The position numbers were made by a program, and so were the translations under genes. Shown here in pieces: positions 51,297 to 64,000 of a DNA stretch of 64,000 bases. Origin of the DNA: Acidobacteriota bacterium (GTDB lineage Bacteria > Acidobacteriota > Vicinamibacteria > Vicinamibacterales > UBA2999); NCBI GenBank assembly GCA_031376505.1, contig JANMDX010000282.1:9536-73535 (forward strand). The letters are read 5' to 3'. A model generated the notes under the pieces. That model saw only the letters and a list, made by a program, of their open reading frames with translations. It was not told the origin of the DNA and did not search any database. Position 1 is the stretch's first letter. Each line of letters opens with the position of its first letter.

Positions 51297-53045
51297 TCAC
51301 GTCAACATCGGCAACAGGCGTGCGTTCTCCTGCTGCCGCTTCGGCGGCAGCGTCCATTCCTCGCGCAAGCCCTTGGCAAATTCGTTCCGGAAGAACGAGT
51401 CCTTCATGCCGCCGTCGATGATGTCCCAGGCGAGCATCTTGTCGTTCGATCGGTCGCGGTAGATGTAGAAATCTGCGTCCACACCAGATTCCTGCACGGC
51501 CTGCCGCCACTGGCCGCCGTTACGTTCGGCGGCCTCGATGGCCGGAGCCACGCGGCGGTCGCCAAGCGACATCAACGCCTGGTAGTACGAATGCCGCTCG
51601 CTCTTGATCGAGAAAAACACGTGGTCGATGTTGTCGACCATGGCGTGCAGCCGCTTCATCTTGCGCTCGATCTCTTTGGTGTCGGTCATCGACAGCCACT
51701 GGTAGGCGGTGCCGGGTTTGGGCACGAGCGGATTGACGCTGCCGATGATGCGGCCCACCTTTCCGCGGCCTTTGGCGTACTTCATCATGATGTCGCGCAG
51801 CTGCACGGTCTGGTCGCGCATTGCTTCGAGATCCTCGTCGGTCTCGGTTGGCAGGCCGATCATGTAGTAGAGCTTCAGATTCTCGATGCCGCTCGAGAAA
51901 ATCAAGTCGGCCTTCTCGAGAATCTCCTCGTTGGTCACGGTTTTGTTGATGACGCGGCGAAGCCGGTCGGAACCGGTCTCCGGCGCGATCGTGAGGGTGC
52001 GCTCACCGCTCTCGCGGAGCAGGCGTACGATGGTCGGTGTCAGGTCGTCGAGACGCAGCGACGCCGGGCTGATCGAATAGCCCATTTCGGACAACCTGGT
52101 CAGGATCAGCTCGATGTCGGGATGATCGCAGAGGGCAATCGACACGAGGCCCACCCGGTTGGCGTGCGCGCGGGCCGCCTGGGCCAGTTCCAGGATGCGT
52201 GCCGTGGGGAACGCCCGCACGGGCAGGTAGTTATACCCCGCCCAGCAGAACCGGCACAGGTTCGCGCAGCCGCGCACGACCTCGATGAGGAAGCGCGAGC
52301 CGAACTCGGTGTCAGGGGTGAAGATCGACGTGCAGGGCGGGTCCACCGCTTCGGTCGTCTTGAGCGCGGCCTTCTTCACGACCGCCGGCGCCCCGGTGCC
52401 CTCGCGCGGCGCGTAATGATCGATGGTGCCGTCGGGGGCGTAGTGGACGTCGTAGAACGACGGAATGTAGAAGCCGCGCCGCTGGGTAAGCTGCTTCAAG
52501 AGATCGCCGCGCGACGTGGCGCTCGCCACTGCCTCGAGCAGCGACGGCACCAGCACTTCGCCTTCACCGGCGGCGATCACGTCGGCAAACAGCGCCAGCG
52601 GCTCAGGATTCACGAACGTCACCGCGCCGCCAATCACCACGAGCGGGTGGCGGTGGTTGCGGTCAGCCGCGCGCAGCGGCAGGCCCGCCAGGCGCAACAT
52701 GGTGAGCACGTTGGTGTAGTCCCACTCGAACGACACCGAGAAGGCCAGCACGTCCAGGTCGTTGAGCGGCGTCTCGGACTCGAGCGTCACCAGACGGGCG
52801 TTGCGCTCGACAAGCATCTTCAGTTCCTGCTTGGGCGGCAGGAACACCCGTTCGCACACCGTGTCTGGGTGGTCGTTGAACAACCGGTACACGGTCTGAA
52901 AGCCGAGATTCGACATCCCCACGAAGTAGGTGTTGGGGAAGGCCAGACCCACGCGCATGCGGTTGATGTGCGGCTTCTGCACATAGCCCACTTCGCGCGC
53001 AAGAGTCTGACGGGCGGCTCCGCGTTGTTCCCAGGCTGTACTCAT
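51297..53045 (-). CDS. radical SAM protein (TIGR03960-like)
   Basis: PNTYFVGMSNLG, CERVF, EVVRGCANLCRFC (CxxxCxxC), APETGS, YYMIGLPTE. Confidence 0.88.
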   Translation of the reverse strand: MSTAWEQRGAARQTLAREVGYVQKPHINRMRVGLAFPNTYFVGMSNLGFQTVYRLFNDHPDTVCERVFLPPKQELKMLVERNARLVTLESETPLNDLDVLAFSVSFEWDYTNVLTMLRLAGLPLRAADRNHRHPLVVIGGAVTFVNPEPLALFADVIAAGEGEVLVPSLLEAVASATSRGDLLKQLTQRRGFYIPSFYDVHYAPDGTIDHYAPREGTGAPAVVKKAALKTTEAVDPPCTSIFTPDTEFGSRFLIEVVRGCANLCRFCWAGYNYLPVRAFPTARILELAQAARAHANRVGLVSIALCDHPDIELILTRLSEMGYSISPASLRLDDLTPTIVRLLRESGERTLTIAPETGSDRLRRVINKTVTNEEILEKADLIFSSGIENLKLYYMIGLPTETDEDLEAMRDQTVQLRDIMMKYAKGRGKVGRIIGSVNPLVPKPGTAYQWLSMTDTKEIERKMKRLHAMVDNIDHVFFSIKSERHSYYQALMSLGDRRVAPAIEAAERNGGQWRQAVQESGVDADFYIYRDRSNDKMLAWDIIDGGMKDSFFRNEFAKGLREEWTLPPKRQQENARLLPMLT

Positions 53046-53139
53046 AGACGGGGCGAGGCCCCAGTCGGCAGTGTACTACCCGCGGCGTGCCGGCATCGGC
53101 GTTGCCGAAAATGGCACGGAACGAGCGGTCCCGTGGCGG

Positions 53140-54396
53140 CTACTCGTTCTGCCGGCGCAGAAAGGCCGGCACGTCGAGTTCCAGGGTGAGATCCACTTCG
53201 CCCGGTTCAAGGTCGTAGCCAGGCAGTGGGTTGCCGCCCACGACGGCGCGTTGCTGCATCGGCACGTCAATTGACGCGCGACGCGAGATGGTGGCGCGCG
53301 GCGTGGGCGCCGCGTCGATCGCGTTGGCGCCCGCACCGATCCGCAGGTGCGCCGTGTAGTTCGACAGGTCCACCGGCGTGGTCGAGGCCGCGGCTGGAAT
53401 CGTACGCGCGTTGCGCGCGTGTTCAAAGCCCGTGGCAATGACGGTGATCTTGACTTTACCGGTCAGAGCCGGGTCCACCACCGCGCCGAAGATGATGTTG
53501 GCATCCTCGTGCGCGGCTTCCTGGATTACGGACATCGCATCGTGCACTTCCATCAGGCCCATGTCGGGCCCGCCGGTGATGTTCACGATGACGCCGCGCG
53601 CGCCGTTCACCGACGCGTCCTCCAGCAGCGGACTCGACACGGCGCGGTTGGCCGCGTCGAGGGCGCGAGTCGGTCCGTCGGCCATCGCGGTACCCATCAT
53701 GGCCACGCCTGCCGACGACATGATCGCCTTCACGTCGGCGAAGTCGAGATTGATGATGCCGGGCACGAGGATCAGGTCGGAGATGCCCTGAATCGCCTGC
53801 CTCAGCACGTCGTCGGCGGTGACGAAGGCATCGAGCATCGAGGTCTGCCGGTCGATGACCGACAACAGGCGCTCGTTGGGAATCGTGATGACGGTGTCGA
53901 CCGCCTCGCGCAGGGCCTCGAGGCCGTGAGCGGCCTGGGTAAGCCGCTTCTTGCCCTCGAATTTGAAGGGCTTGGTCACGACTGCAATGGTGAGAGCGCC
54001 GAGCTCGGTCGCCAGGCTGGCAATCACTGGCGCCGCGCCCGTGCCCGTACCGCCGCCGAGTCCGGTGGTGACAAACACCATGTCGGCGCCGCTCAGCGCC
54101 GCGATGAGCGCGTCGGTGTCCTCGAGCGCGGCCTGGCGGCCCACGTTGGGATCGGCACCGGCGCCCAGCCCCTTGGTCAGCTTGCTGCCGATCTGGATCT
54201 TGACTGGGGCGGGATTCGACCGCAGCGCCTGCGCATCGGTGTTGGCCACCATGAACTCGACGCCCGAGAGTCCGGCCTGCACCATGCGCGACACGGCGTT
54301 GCCGCCGCCGCCGCCGACGCCCACCACCTTGATGCGGGCGCCACTGCGCAGCTCTTCGTCCAGCATCAGCCGGAACTTGTCATGAGGGTCGGCCAT
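53140..54396 (-). CDS. ftsZ: cell division protein FtsZ
   Basis: [26 protein letters not shown]-terminal DVPAFLR; GGAGG SD before ATG 54396. Confidence 0.98.
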   Translation of the reverse strand: MADPHDKFRLMLDEELRSGARIKVVGVGGGGGNAVSRMVQAGLSGVEFMVANTDAQALRSNPAPVKIQIGSKLTKGLGAGADPNVGRQAALEDTDALIAALSGADMVFVTTGLGGGTGTGAAPVIASLATELGALTIAVVTKPFKFEGKKRLTQAAHGLEALREAVDTVITIPNERLLSVIDRQTSMLDAFVTADDVLRQAIQGISDLILVPGIINLDFADVKAIMSSAGVAMMGTAMADGPTRALDAANRAVSSPLLEDASVNGARGVIVNITGGPDMGLMEVHDAMSVIQEAAHEDANIIFGAVVDPALTGKVKITVIATGFEHARNARTIPAAASTTPVDLSNYTAHLRIGAGANAIDAAPTPRATISRRASIDVPMQQRAVVGGNPLPGYDLEPGEVDLTLELDVPAFLRRQNE

Positions 54397-54425
54397 TGCG
54401 CCTCCAGGTTTCAACCATCCGTCCA

Positions 54426-55655
54426 TCAGAAGAACTCCTTGAATACGGTCCGCAGCCGGCTCACGATGCGGGTCAGGGCGCCGCTGCCCCCCGCCGTGTC
54501 AACTTGACGATGTCGGTAGGCGTACAGCACGAGCCCGAGGGCTGACGCGCAGACGGGATTGCTCAAATGGTCGGCCAGGCCGCCGACGCCAGCCGGCACG
54601 CCGCGACGCATCGGCAAATCGAAGATCTGCTCGGCGATCTCGGACATGCCGTCGAGCACGGCGCCACCGCCGGTGAGCACCAGTCCAGAGTTGAGTGACT
54701 TCTCGTACCCGGCTTTGCTGATCTCGTCCCATGCCAGATGAAAGAGCTCTTCGGCGCGCGGCTGCAGGATGTCCGACAGGATTCTTCGTGCCATCACGCG
54801 CGGCCGCCGGCCGCCGACGCTCGCCACCTCGATGGTCTCGTCTTCGTCGATCATCCCCGAGAGCGCGCAGCCCGAGCGGCGCTTCACCTTCTCGGCTTCC
54901 GGGATCGGCGTGCGCAGGCCCACCGCGATGTCGTTGGTGAAGTGATCGCCGCCCACACCGATCACGGCGGTGTGCCACAACGCGCCCCGCTCGAAGATCG
55001 CCAGATCGGCCGTGCCGCCGCCGATGTCGAGCAGCGCCACGCCGAGTTCCCGCTCGTCAGGCGTCAACACAGCTTCGGCCGCAGCCAGCTGACCGATGAC
55101 CATGTCCACCACCGAGAGGCCGGCGCGGTTCACGCACGCCACGAGGTTCTGGGTCGAGCTGGCGGCGCCGGTCACGATGTGCACGTTCACCTCGAGCCGG
55201 GCCCCGGTCATGCCCACCGGGGCGCCGATGCCGTCCTGCTCGTCGACGACGAAGTCCTGCGGCAGCACGTGCAGCACCTCGCGGCCGGCCGGCAATGACA
55301 CGGCTCGCGCCGCGTCGAGCGCGCGCCGCACGTCTTCGCGGGTGATCTCGCGGTTCTTGCCCGCCACGGCGACGACCCCACGGCTATTGAAGCCTTTGAT
55401 GTGGGGGCCGTTCACGGCCAGATGCGCCGAGCCGATCTCGACGCCGGCCATCAACTCGGCTTCTTCCACCGACTTCTTGATGGACTCGACCGCCGCTTCG
55501 AGATTCACGACGACGCCGCGCTTCAACCCTTTCGACTCGGCCATACCGATGCCGATGATGTCGAGAGCGCCGCTGTCGGAGACCTCGCCCACCACCGTGC
55601 ACACCTTCGACGTGCCGATGTCGAGCCCCACGATGTACCGCTCACTGCGTGCCAC
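54426..55655 (-). CDS. ftsA: cell division protein FtsA
   Basis: [21 protein letters not shown]-terminal amphipathic helix FKEFF. Confidence 0.97.
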   Translation of the reverse strand: MARSERYIVGLDIGTSKVCTVVGEVSDSGALDIIGIGMAESKGLKRGVVVNLEAAVESIKKSVEEAELMAGVEIGSAHLAVNGPHIKGFNSRGVVAVAGKNREITREDVRRALDAARAVSLPAGREVLHVLPQDFVVDEQDGIGAPVGMTGARLEVNVHIVTGAASSTQNLVACVNRAGLSVVDMVIGQLAAAEAVLTPDERELGVALLDIGGGTADLAIFERGALWHTAVIGVGGDHFTNDIAVGLRTPIPEAEKVKRRSGCALSGMIDEDETIEVASVGGRRPRVMARRILSDILQPRAEELFHLAWDEISKAGYEKSLNSGLVLTGGGAVLDGMSEIAEQIFDLPMRRGVPAGVGGLADHLSNPVCASALGLVLYAYRHRQVDTAGGSGALTRIVSRLRTVFKEFF

Positions 55656-56532
55656 TACTGACCTCCCACCCGACCACCCGGCACCATCTCGCGCGACGCC
55701 GCCTGCGGCCCGCCGTCGTCACGCCCTGGACGCACGTACATCCGTTCGCCAAACCGCAGGTCCACCGTGTCGATGGCCGACACGCGGTCCTTGAGCGACG
55801 TCGCCACGTCCAGGTAGTCCTGCAGACGCGCGGCGAAGTCACGGTCGCCGAGGCGCAGCATCACCGTATCGCCGTCGAGCAGCACGACCGCATCACGCGC
55901 ATCGCGGACGTCAATCTGCGACACCCGCGACGCCAGGCCCTCGTGCGGGGCCACGTCGGCAAGCAGACGGGCCACGAGCGCCGTTCGCCGGTCGTCGATT
56001 TGCGGCGCGGCATCGCCGGGGGGCGGCGCCAGCCCGTCGATGACCGGCAAGTCGAGATCGGCGTAGCCCGGCCCGTACTCGTCGATGACCACGCCGTGCG
56101 CATCCACCAGATACAAGTCACGCCCGAGGCGGGCAATGCCCATGGGCGTGCGCTCGCGCACGAGCACGTCGAGCGTATTGGGCAGCACGCGCCGCACGAT
56201 CGCGTCCTCGACCCAGGGCGACGTCATGAGCCGTTGCCGCCAGTCTTCGAGGCGCACCGCCAGGATGTTCTGGCCGTGCAGATCGCCCACGAGCGCCATC
56301 GCCTCGCCCCGCGACAGCCGGTCGTTGCCGTGGAGCACGATGTGCGCAATCTGAAGCGCGGACGACTCCGCCACGAGGGTGGCCGTGCGCCACAGGGCCA
56401 GGCTCACAACCAGCCCGAACGAGGCCGCCTTGGCCACGACTCTCACGCGGCGCCAGGTGCGGCCACGCCGCCCGGTGGGCTTCACCTGCGCCCGGCGGAA
56501 GCGCTTGTCGGCCGGCGCGGGCAGTCCCGGCG

Positions 56533-56536
<4 letters not shown>
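55655..56536 (-). CDS. ftsQ: cell division protein FtsQ/DivIB
   Basis: TM plus POTRA ([13 protein letters not shown]), VDLRF; located between murC and ftsA. Confidence 0.9.
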
Positions 56537-57954
<1,418 letters not shown>

Positions 57955-57959
57955 GACGG

Positions 57960-59048
57960 TTACCTGCTCCCTGCGAGGGTGACGATGCGGTCGGCCACGC
58001 GGGCCGCCGCATCCGGCCTGCCCAGGATCCGGGCCGACGCCGCCATCCGCGCCCGCCGCGCTGCATCCGAGGCCAGGGCCACGAGCGCCTGCGCCAGGCG
58101 TTCGCCACTCAGCTCCGCTTCATCGATCACTTCGGCGGCACCAGCCGACGCCAGCACCTGGGCGTTCTTCCGCTGGTGGTCATCGGCCGCGGTTGGCAGC
58201 GGCACGAGCACCGAGGCGCGCCCGAGCACCGTCAGCTCGGCCAGCGTCGAGGCACCGGCACGCGCCACGACGATGTCGGCGGCGTGCATGCGCGCGTCCA
58301 GATCGTGGAAGAACGCCTCGACCGTGGCCGTGACGCCCGCCCGCACGTAGCGTTCGCGCACGCCCGCCAGGTCGCGTTCGCCCGTCTGGTGGGTGACGGC
58401 CAGCTGCGGCCCGTGCGCGGCTGCCAGCGGGACGGCCGCGACGGCGGCGTCGTTGATGGCGCGGGCACCCTGGGAACCGCCCATGATCAGCACGCGCACC
58501 GGACCTTCCGGCGACACGTCGTCATCGGCCGCCGCCGCGTGGCGCAGGAACTCGCGGCGCACCGGATTGCCAGACACGAAGCCCGTACCAGGAAAAAACG
58601 GCAGCGTCTCGGCGTAGCTCACCGCCGCCGCCCGCACCCAGCGCGCGAGACGGCGATTGGTGAATCCCGGCGCGGTGTTCTGCTCCATGAGCAGCGTCGG
58701 GATACCACGCAACGCCGCCAGCAGCAGCACCGGGCCCGAGCTGTAGCCTCCGACGCCCACGACCACCTGGGGTTGGCGGCGCGACAGCACTTGCCAGGCG
58801 TCGAGCGCCGACAGCGGCAGGAGCAACAGCCCACGGCCGAGCGCCCAAAGCGACTTCCCCTTCAGTCCGGCGCTCCGGATAAGGTCGAGTCCGTAGCCGA
58901 GCGCGGGCACCGCGCGGCTCTCCAGCCCCCGCGCCGTGCCCACGAAGGTCACGACGTGCGACTCGTCGCGCCGCATCAGTTCTTCGGCCACGGCGATGCC
59001 CGGGTACAGATGTCCCCCGGTGCCGCCGCCCGCAATGAGTACGCGCAT
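57960..59048 (-). CDS. murG: MurG glycosyltransferase
   Basis: [33 protein letters not shown]. Confidence 0.97.
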   Translation of the reverse strand: MRVLIAGGGTGGHLYPGIAVAEELMRRDESHVVTFVGTARGLESRAVPALGYGLDLIRSAGLKGKSLWALGRGLLLLPLSALDAWQVLSRRQPQVVVGVGGYSSGPVLLLAALRGIPTLLMEQNTAPGFTNRRLARWVRAAAVSYAETLPFFPGTGFVSGNPVRREFLRHAAAADDDVSPEGPVRVLIMGGSQGARAINDAAVAAVPLAAAHGPQLAVTHQTGERDLAGVRERYVRAGVTATVEAFFHDLDARMHAADIVVARAGASTLAELTVLGRASVLVPLPTAADDHQRKNAQVLASAGAAEVIDEAELSGERLAQALVALASDAARRARMAASARILGRPDAAARVADRIVTLAGSR

Positions 59049-59051
59049 GAA

Positions 59052-60182
59052 TCACGCGGCTCCCGGCTCCACGGCGGCCGCATCGTGCACCGCGTGCTGC
59101 GAGATGTTCAGCAGCACGCCGATGCTGGCCAGGTTGACGAGCAGCGACGAGCCGCCGTTGCTCACGAGCGGCAGCGGAATCCCCTTGGTGGGCACCAGGC
59201 CGAGCACGACGCTGACGTTGACCAGCGCCTGGGCCACGACCATCGTGGTGATGCCGAGCGCCAGAAACGCGCCAAAGCGGTCGGGCGCGGTGGTGGCCGC
59301 CTTCAGTCCGCGCCAGGCAATCACGCCGAAGCAGGCGACGACGAAGGTAGCACCAACCAGGCCGAGCTCCTCGGCAATCACGGCGAAGATGAAGTCGGTC
59401 TGGGGCTCGGGCAGGTAGAAGAGCTTCTGGATGCCGCCCATCAGCCCCCGGCCGAGCCACCCACCGCTGCCGACCGCGATGAACGACTGCAGCAAATGGA
59501 AGCCGTCGCCGAGCGGGTCGGCCTCGGGATTCCAGAATGCCACGATGCGGCGCCAGCGGTAGGGCTCTGAGATCAGGATGAGATACCCGATCGGCAGCAG
59601 CACCGCCGCCAGGCCGAACATGTAGCGATAGCTCAGTCCCGCGGCCATCACCATCGCCGCCACGACGACGGTCAGCGCCACCGACGTGCCGAAGTCGGGC
59701 TCGACCAGAATGAGGCCCGCCAGCCCGCCGACGATCAGGGCAATGGGCGCCAGCGCGTACTTCACGTCGTTGATCCGGTGCATCCGCCGGTCAAGCGTGA
59801 GCGCCGTAAAGAAAATGGCCGCCACCTTTGCCAGCTCCGACGGTTGGATACCCATCCCACCCAGGCCAAACCACCGATGGGAACCGTTGACCTTAGGCGC
59901 GAAGAGGACGGCGAGGAGCAGCAGCCCGACCACGCCGAGCCCGCCCCAGATGAGCTGCTCGTTGCGGTAGGTCCGATAGTCGATCCGCATCACGACCGTG
60001 AGCACGGTCAGGCCGAGCACGGCGAAGAGGGCCTGGCGGGTGACGTAGTGATAGGGGTCCTGGAAGCGCTGGTCCTGGTAGGCCGTCACGGCAGACGCGC
60101 TGTAGACCATGACGATGCTGACGCACACGAGTGCCAGGGTCGCCAGGAACAGCCACTTGTCAGACTGAAGCTTCCGCGCCAT
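59052..60182 (-). CDS. ftsW: SEDS peptidoglycan polymerase FtsW
   Basis: MVYSAS, QPSELAK, EPDFGT, LPEPQTDFIF, PTKGIPLP; ATG at 60182. Confidence 0.96.
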   Translation of the reverse strand: MARKLQSDKWLFLATLALVCVSIVMVYSASAVTAYQDQRFQDPYHYVTRQALFAVLGLTVLTVVMRIDYRTYRNEQLIWGGLGVVGLLLLAVLFAPKVNGSHRWFGLGGMGIQPSELAKVAAIFFTALTLDRRMHRINDVKYALAPIALIVGGLAGLILVEPDFGTSVALTVVVAAMVMAAGLSYRYMFGLAAVLLPIGYLILISEPYRWRRIVAFWNPEADPLGDGFHLLQSFIAVGSGGWLGRGLMGGIQKLFYLPEPQTDFIFAVIAEELGLVGATFVVACFGVIAWRGLKAATTAPDRFGAFLALGITTMVVAQALVNVSVVLGLVPTKGIPLPLVSNGGSSLLVNLASIGVLLNISQHAVHDAAAVEPGAA

Positions 60183-60257
60183 ACTCTCCCGCCCTGGGGA
60201 TCCCCCCCACAAGAACCGCCCCCTAAAGTGCCGGAGGCCTCGAACCGAAACACCCTT

Positions 60258-60423
60258 CCGGACGCGCAGTCAGGCGTCCGGCCACTCGACAAACCGTATG
60301 AGTTTGCGAGGGGTCAGCAGTCATCAGCCAAGTGGAGGACTGGGACACCAGCCTCAACAGACCACGGTAGCCTGCGCTCCCAGCGACCGGCTCCCAATCG
60401 CCACCACCCGGCTGATGACTGCT
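60258..60423 (-). ncRNA. unclassified structured RNA-like element in the murD-ftsW spacer
   Basis: 108-nt hairpin (arms 60316-60335 and 60404-60423, 20 bp with 2 G-U pairs on the - strand) plus hairpins at 60285-60310 and 60258-60281. Confidence 0.5.
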
Positions 60424-60469
60424 CACTTCTCGCGTCGTTCTCGTCCTCGCCTTTCGTTCCAGCCCCTCC

Positions 60470-61861
60470 CTAGCCTTCCTCAGCCACGAGTTCCGCCACT
60501 TCTTCCTTGAAGGCCCGGCCACGCGCCGCGTAGTCGGGAAACATGTCGAAACTCGAACAGGCGGGCGCCAGCAGCACCACGCCTCCGGGCTGCGCCAGCG
60601 CGTGTGCCTGCCGCACGGCGTCGGCCATCGACACGGCTTCGACCACCGGCACGACGCCCGACAGCGCGGCGACCACCAGCGGGCGCGCCTCGCCGATGGC
60701 GACGACGGCCCGGCCATGCGCGCGAAGCGGCTCGGCCAGGTCCTCGAAACGGCCGCCCTTGTACTTGCCCCCGACGATGACGACAACGCCGGTGAAGCTC
60801 TCGATCGATCGCGCCGCCGCGTCCACGTTGGTGGCCTTGGAGTCGTTCACGAAGCGCACGCCGGCCACATCGCCCACCGGTTCCATCACGTGTTCAAGAC
60901 CAGTGAACACCGACAAAGCCGTCGTCATGCCGTCGACGGATGCCCCCGCCAGATGGCTGATGGCGGTCGCGGCCACGACGTTCGAGGTCATATGGCGGCC
61001 GGGCAGCCGCGCTACCCCGAGCGGCACGAGCGGCACGTCACCCTCCGACGTGCGCTGCCGCACGACGCCGTCGCGCACATAGACGCCCAGATCGAGCGGC
61101 CTGGTGGACGAGTAGCGGAGTTCACGGGCCACGCCGGCGCCAATCGCGATGGTCTCTGGCTGGTCCGCGTTCAGCACGCGCCAGTCGCCGGGATCCTGGT
61201 TCGCAAAGATCCGCGACTTCGCCCGCGCATACGACGCCAGGTCGGGATGACGATCGAGATGGTCGGCCGACAGGTTGAGCAGCGCGGCAATCCACGGATG
61301 GAAGGTATCGGTCGCCTCCAGCTGGAAGCTGCTCGCTTCGACGACGTGCAGCGTGTCTGGCGTAGAGGCATCGACATGCGCGCTGAGCGGCACGCCGATG
61401 TTGCCGCCAATCAGCACGCGGTGGCCCGACGCCTCGAGCATCTTGCCGACCAGCGTGGTGGTGGTCGACTTCCCTTTCGTGCCAGTGATCGCGATCATGC
61501 GGCCGCGGAGCCATCGCGATGCCAGCTCCAGCTCGCCCACGACCGGCACGCCGGCCGCCCGCGCCGCCGCAAGCTCGGCCAGCTCGAACGGCACGCCCGG
61601 ACTGGTCACGATGAGATCCGACGCCGGGAACAGGCGCCCGTCGTGTCCACCGAGATCGAGCACCACGCCAACGCGACGGAGCCGATCGGCGTCGGGAATG
61701 TCCGACGCGCGATCGGTCAGCGTCACCCGCGCGCCCCGCGACACGAGCAGCTCGGCGGCGGCCCGGCCGCTGCGCGCGGCGCCCACGACGAGCACGCGGC
61801 ATCCATCCACCGTAAACGACGGCCCTCGAGGCCCCGGGGCAGAGATGGCACGGACGGTCAT
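60470..61861 (-). CDS. murD: UDP-MurNAc-L-Ala--D-glutamate ligase
   Basis: [40 protein letters not shown]; ATG 61861 overlaps the mraY stop. Confidence 0.96.
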   Translation of the reverse strand: MTVRAISAPGPRGPSFTVDGCRVLVVGAARSGRAAAELLVSRGARVTLTDRASDIPDADRLRRVGVVLDLGGHDGRLFPASDLIVTSPGVPFELAELAAARAAGVPVVGELELASRWLRGRMIAITGTKGKSTTTTLVGKMLEASGHRVLIGGNIGVPLSAHVDASTPDTLHVVEASSFQLEATDTFHPWIAALLNLSADHLDRHPDLASYARAKSRIFANQDPGDWRVLNADQPETIAIGAGVARELRYSSTRPLDLGVYVRDGVVRQRTSEGDVPLVPLGVARLPGRHMTSNVVAATAISHLAGASVDGMTTALSVFTGLEHVMEPVGDVAGVRFVNDSKATNVDAAARSIESFTGVVVIVGGKYKGGRFEDLAEPLRAHGRAVVAIGEARPLVVAALSGVVPVVEAVSMADAVRQAHALAQPGGVVLLAPACSSFDMFPDYAARGRAFKEEVAELVAEEG

Positions 61862-62943
61862 CGCAGTTTCAGCGTGGTGAGGCTGAGAAGCGCGAACAGG
61901 ATCGCGACGATGAGAAAGCGGGTGATCACCTTCGGCTCGCTCCAGCCGATCAGCTCGAAGTGATGGTGGATGGGCGCCATGCGGAATACGCGCTTGCCCG
62001 TGAGCTTGAAGGAGCCCACCTGCACGATCACCGACAGGGCTTCGAGCACGAACACGCCGCCGACGATCACGAGCAGCAGCTCCTGCTTGATCAGGATCGC
62101 AACCGTGCCGAGCGCGCCGCCGAGCGCAAGCGAGCCCACGTCGCCCATGAAGATCTCGGCGGGATAGCAGTTGTACCAGAGGAATCCGAGGCTCGCGCCG
62201 ACCAGCGCGCCGCAGAACACCGTCAGCTCGGAGGCCGGCGGGAAGCGCACAAGCAGCAGATACTCGGCAAAGACGGCATGCCCCGTCACGTAGGCGAGTG
62301 CGGTGAAGCAGGCCGCCGCCACGGCAAACGTGCTGATGGCGAGCCCGTCGAGCCCATCGGTGAGATTGACGGCGTTGGTGGCGCCGACGAGGACGGCCAT
62401 CGCAAACAGCACGTAGCCCCAGCCAAGATCGGGGATGAGCTGCTTGAAGAACGGGAAGATGAGCCTGGTGTTGTAGAGGTTCTTCGACGCCAGCCACATC
62501 AGGGCCAGACCGACGGCCAGCGACACCAGCACCTGCAGACCCATCTTGTAGCGGGCCGCAAGGCCACCCGATGAGCGTCGCGTGATCTTCAGATAGTCGT
62601 CGAGGAACCCGATGGCGCCAAAGGCGGTCGTGGCGAGCACCGCAATCCAGATGTAGACGTTGGTCAAGTCGGCCCAGAGCAGCGTGGGCGTCAGTGCCGC
62701 GGCCATGATCAACACGCCGCCCATCGTCGGCGTGCCGGCCTTGGCGCGATGTGACTGCGGGCCTTCCTGCCGGATGACCTGCCCGATCTGGAACTCGCGG
62801 AGCGTGCGAATCAGCCAGGGGCCCATCACGAGCGAGATGACCAGCGCCGAGATGCTCGCCGCCGCCGTGCGGAACGTGATGTAGCGAGTGACGTTGAGCG
62901 CGCCAATGTGCGGCGACAGCGAGTAGAGAAGGTGATACAGCAT
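61858..62943 (-). CDS. mraY: phospho-N-acetylmuramoyl-pentapeptide transferase
   Basis: [44 protein letters not shown]. Confidence 0.97.
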   Translation of the reverse strand: MLYHLLYSLSPHIGALNVTRYITFRTAAASISALVISLVMGPWLIRTLREFQIGQVIRQEGPQSHRAKAGTPTMGGVLIMAAALTPTLLWADLTNVYIWIAVLATTAFGAIGFLDDYLKITRRSSGGLAARYKMGLQVLVSLAVGLALMWLASKNLYNTRLIFPFFKQLIPDLGWGYVLFAMAVLVGATNAVNLTDGLDGLAISTFAVAAACFTALAYVTGHAVFAEYLLLVRFPPASELTVFCGALVGASLGFLWYNCYPAEIFMGDVGSLALGGALGTVAILIKQELLLVIVGGVFVLEALSVIVQVGSFKLTGKRVFRMAPIHHHFELIGWSEPKVITRFLIVAILFALLSLTTLKLR

Positions 62944-64000
62944 CACGCCCCTCCGGCCATGAGATGGGCCACGACCCGGTCGGTGCCAATGCTCCGCGAG
63001 CCTTTGACGAGCAGCAGGTCGCCTGCGGCAAGCTCGCGTCCGATCACCACAGCAGCCGCCTCGCTCGTCTCCACGTGCGTCACGGCGGCCGCGGCCAGGC
63101 CGTGCCGTACGGCCGCCTCGCCGAGGCGTCGCGCGGCCTCGCCGCCGATCGTCACAAGCCGCTCCACGCCGGCCGCCGCCACCGCGCGGCCACAGTCCTG
63201 GTGTAGCCGCACTGACAGCGTGCCCAGTTCCAGCATCTCTCCGATGACCGCCATGCGGCGGCCGGCGGGACGGCTCGACGCCAGCGCCTCGAGCGACCGC
63301 GCGAGCGCAGCCGGACTGGAGTTGTAGGAGTCGTCGAGCACGGTCGCGCCGGAGGGCGTCGTGAGCAGGGCGCCGCGATGGGCTGCAGGCGCCAGGCCCC
63401 GCAGGCGCTCGGCAATCGCATCGAGGCTCACACCCAGTTCCACGCCCACCGCCGCGGCGGCCAGCGCGTTCATGAGATGCCCATGTCCGGGGAGCGCAAT
63501 GGCCAGGTTCAGCGTGCCAGCCGCGGTGCGGACCGTCGCGGTCGTGCCGGACACGCCCCGATCGTCGAGCATCTCGGCCCGCACATCGGCGCCGGCATGC
63601 ACGCCAAACGTCACGACCCGCCCGGGAAACATGGCCGCCCGGGCCATGACGAGCGGGTCATCCGCGTTGCAGACGAGCAGCGTGCGCGCGTCGGCCTGTT
63701 CGAGGATCTCGGCCTTGGCATCGGCAATGGCTTCGCGGGAACCGAAGTGACCGATGTGCGCATCGCCCACGTTGGTCCACACCCGCACGTCGGGCTCGGC
63801 GATGCCCACGAGCACTCGAATCTCGCCGGCGTGGTTCATGCCGAGTTCCATCACGGCCACATCGGGGCACTCGCGCAGATCCACGAGCGAGAGCGGCAGT
63901 CCCAGATGATTGTTGAGGTTGCCGCGGTTCTTCACCACGCGGTAGCGCGCGCCGAGTACCGCGGCAATCGCGTCCTTGGTCGTCGTCTTGCCAGCGCTGC
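62943..64000 (-). CDS. murF: UDP-MurNAc-tripeptide--D-Ala-D-Ala ligase (5' end beyond the window)
   Basis: SAGKTTTKD at the window edge, [32 protein letters not shown]. Confidence 0.95.
   Translation of the reverse strand, partial: SAGKTTTKDAIAAVLGARYRVVKNRGNLNNHLGLPLSLVDLRECPDVAVMELGMNHAGEIRVLVGIAEPDVRVWTNVGDAHIGHFGSREAIADAKAEILEQADARTLLVCNADDPLVMARAAMFPGRVVTFGVHAGADVRAEMLDDRGVSGTTATVRTAAGTLNLAIALPGHGHLMNALAAAAVGVELGVSLDAIAERLRGLAPAAHRGALLTTPSGATVLDDSYNSSPAALARSLEALASSRPAGRRMAVIGEMLELGTLSVRLHQDCGRAVAAAGVERLVTIGGEAARRLGEAAVRHGLAAAAVTHVETSEAAAVVIGRELAAGDLLLVKGSRSIGTDRVVAHLMAGGA

Noticed and set aside
60250-60265. gtccggaagg on the - strand resembles the SRP RNA tetraloop region
   Set aside because: The flanking CAGG and AAGCAGC conserved bases are missing, so it is not called ffs. 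The geometry also does not fit 6S RNA.

Overview
High-GC bacterial chromosomal window. The RpoD and FtsW sequence style and the dcw gene order suggest Acidobacteriota, probably Vicinamibacteria-like; this is inference. Left to right: a three-gene signalling module (beta-propeller/GAF hybrid kinase, lone receiver, GAF-PP2C), an HtrA-like protease, tex, a YegD-like Hsp70 and an FAH-family hydrolase. Next is a ~7 kb block (MNT-HEPN pair plus a reductive pyrimidine catabolism cluster lacking preT) bracketed by a degenerate ~135 bp duplication of the FAH gene 3' end. Then come a KOW-Smr protein, a LysR-linked homogentisate operon lacking maiA but carrying an unknown gene and a Rieske ferredoxin, and a PAL-like NHL protein. 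Two tiny gene relics (HpaD-like, APC-permease-like) precede an acetylpolyamine amidohydrolase, an esterase and dnaG-rpoD. After rpoD lie a probable leaderless 28-aa membrane peptide, an amine oxidase/cytochrome c pair, terC-usp-dus, tRNA-Ile2(CAU), hutHGUF without hutI, a Zn-ribbon protein, a secreted S74-chaperone fibre protein, pgeF, a SpoVG-like gene and a radical SAM gene. The window ends in the dcw cluster (murF-mraY-murD-ftsW-murG-murC-ftsQ-ftsA-ftsZ), with a densely structured ~290 nt RNA-like insert between murD and ftsW. I saw no CRISPR array, integrase, transposase or rRNA. All calls come from motif recognition by eye, without database searches.
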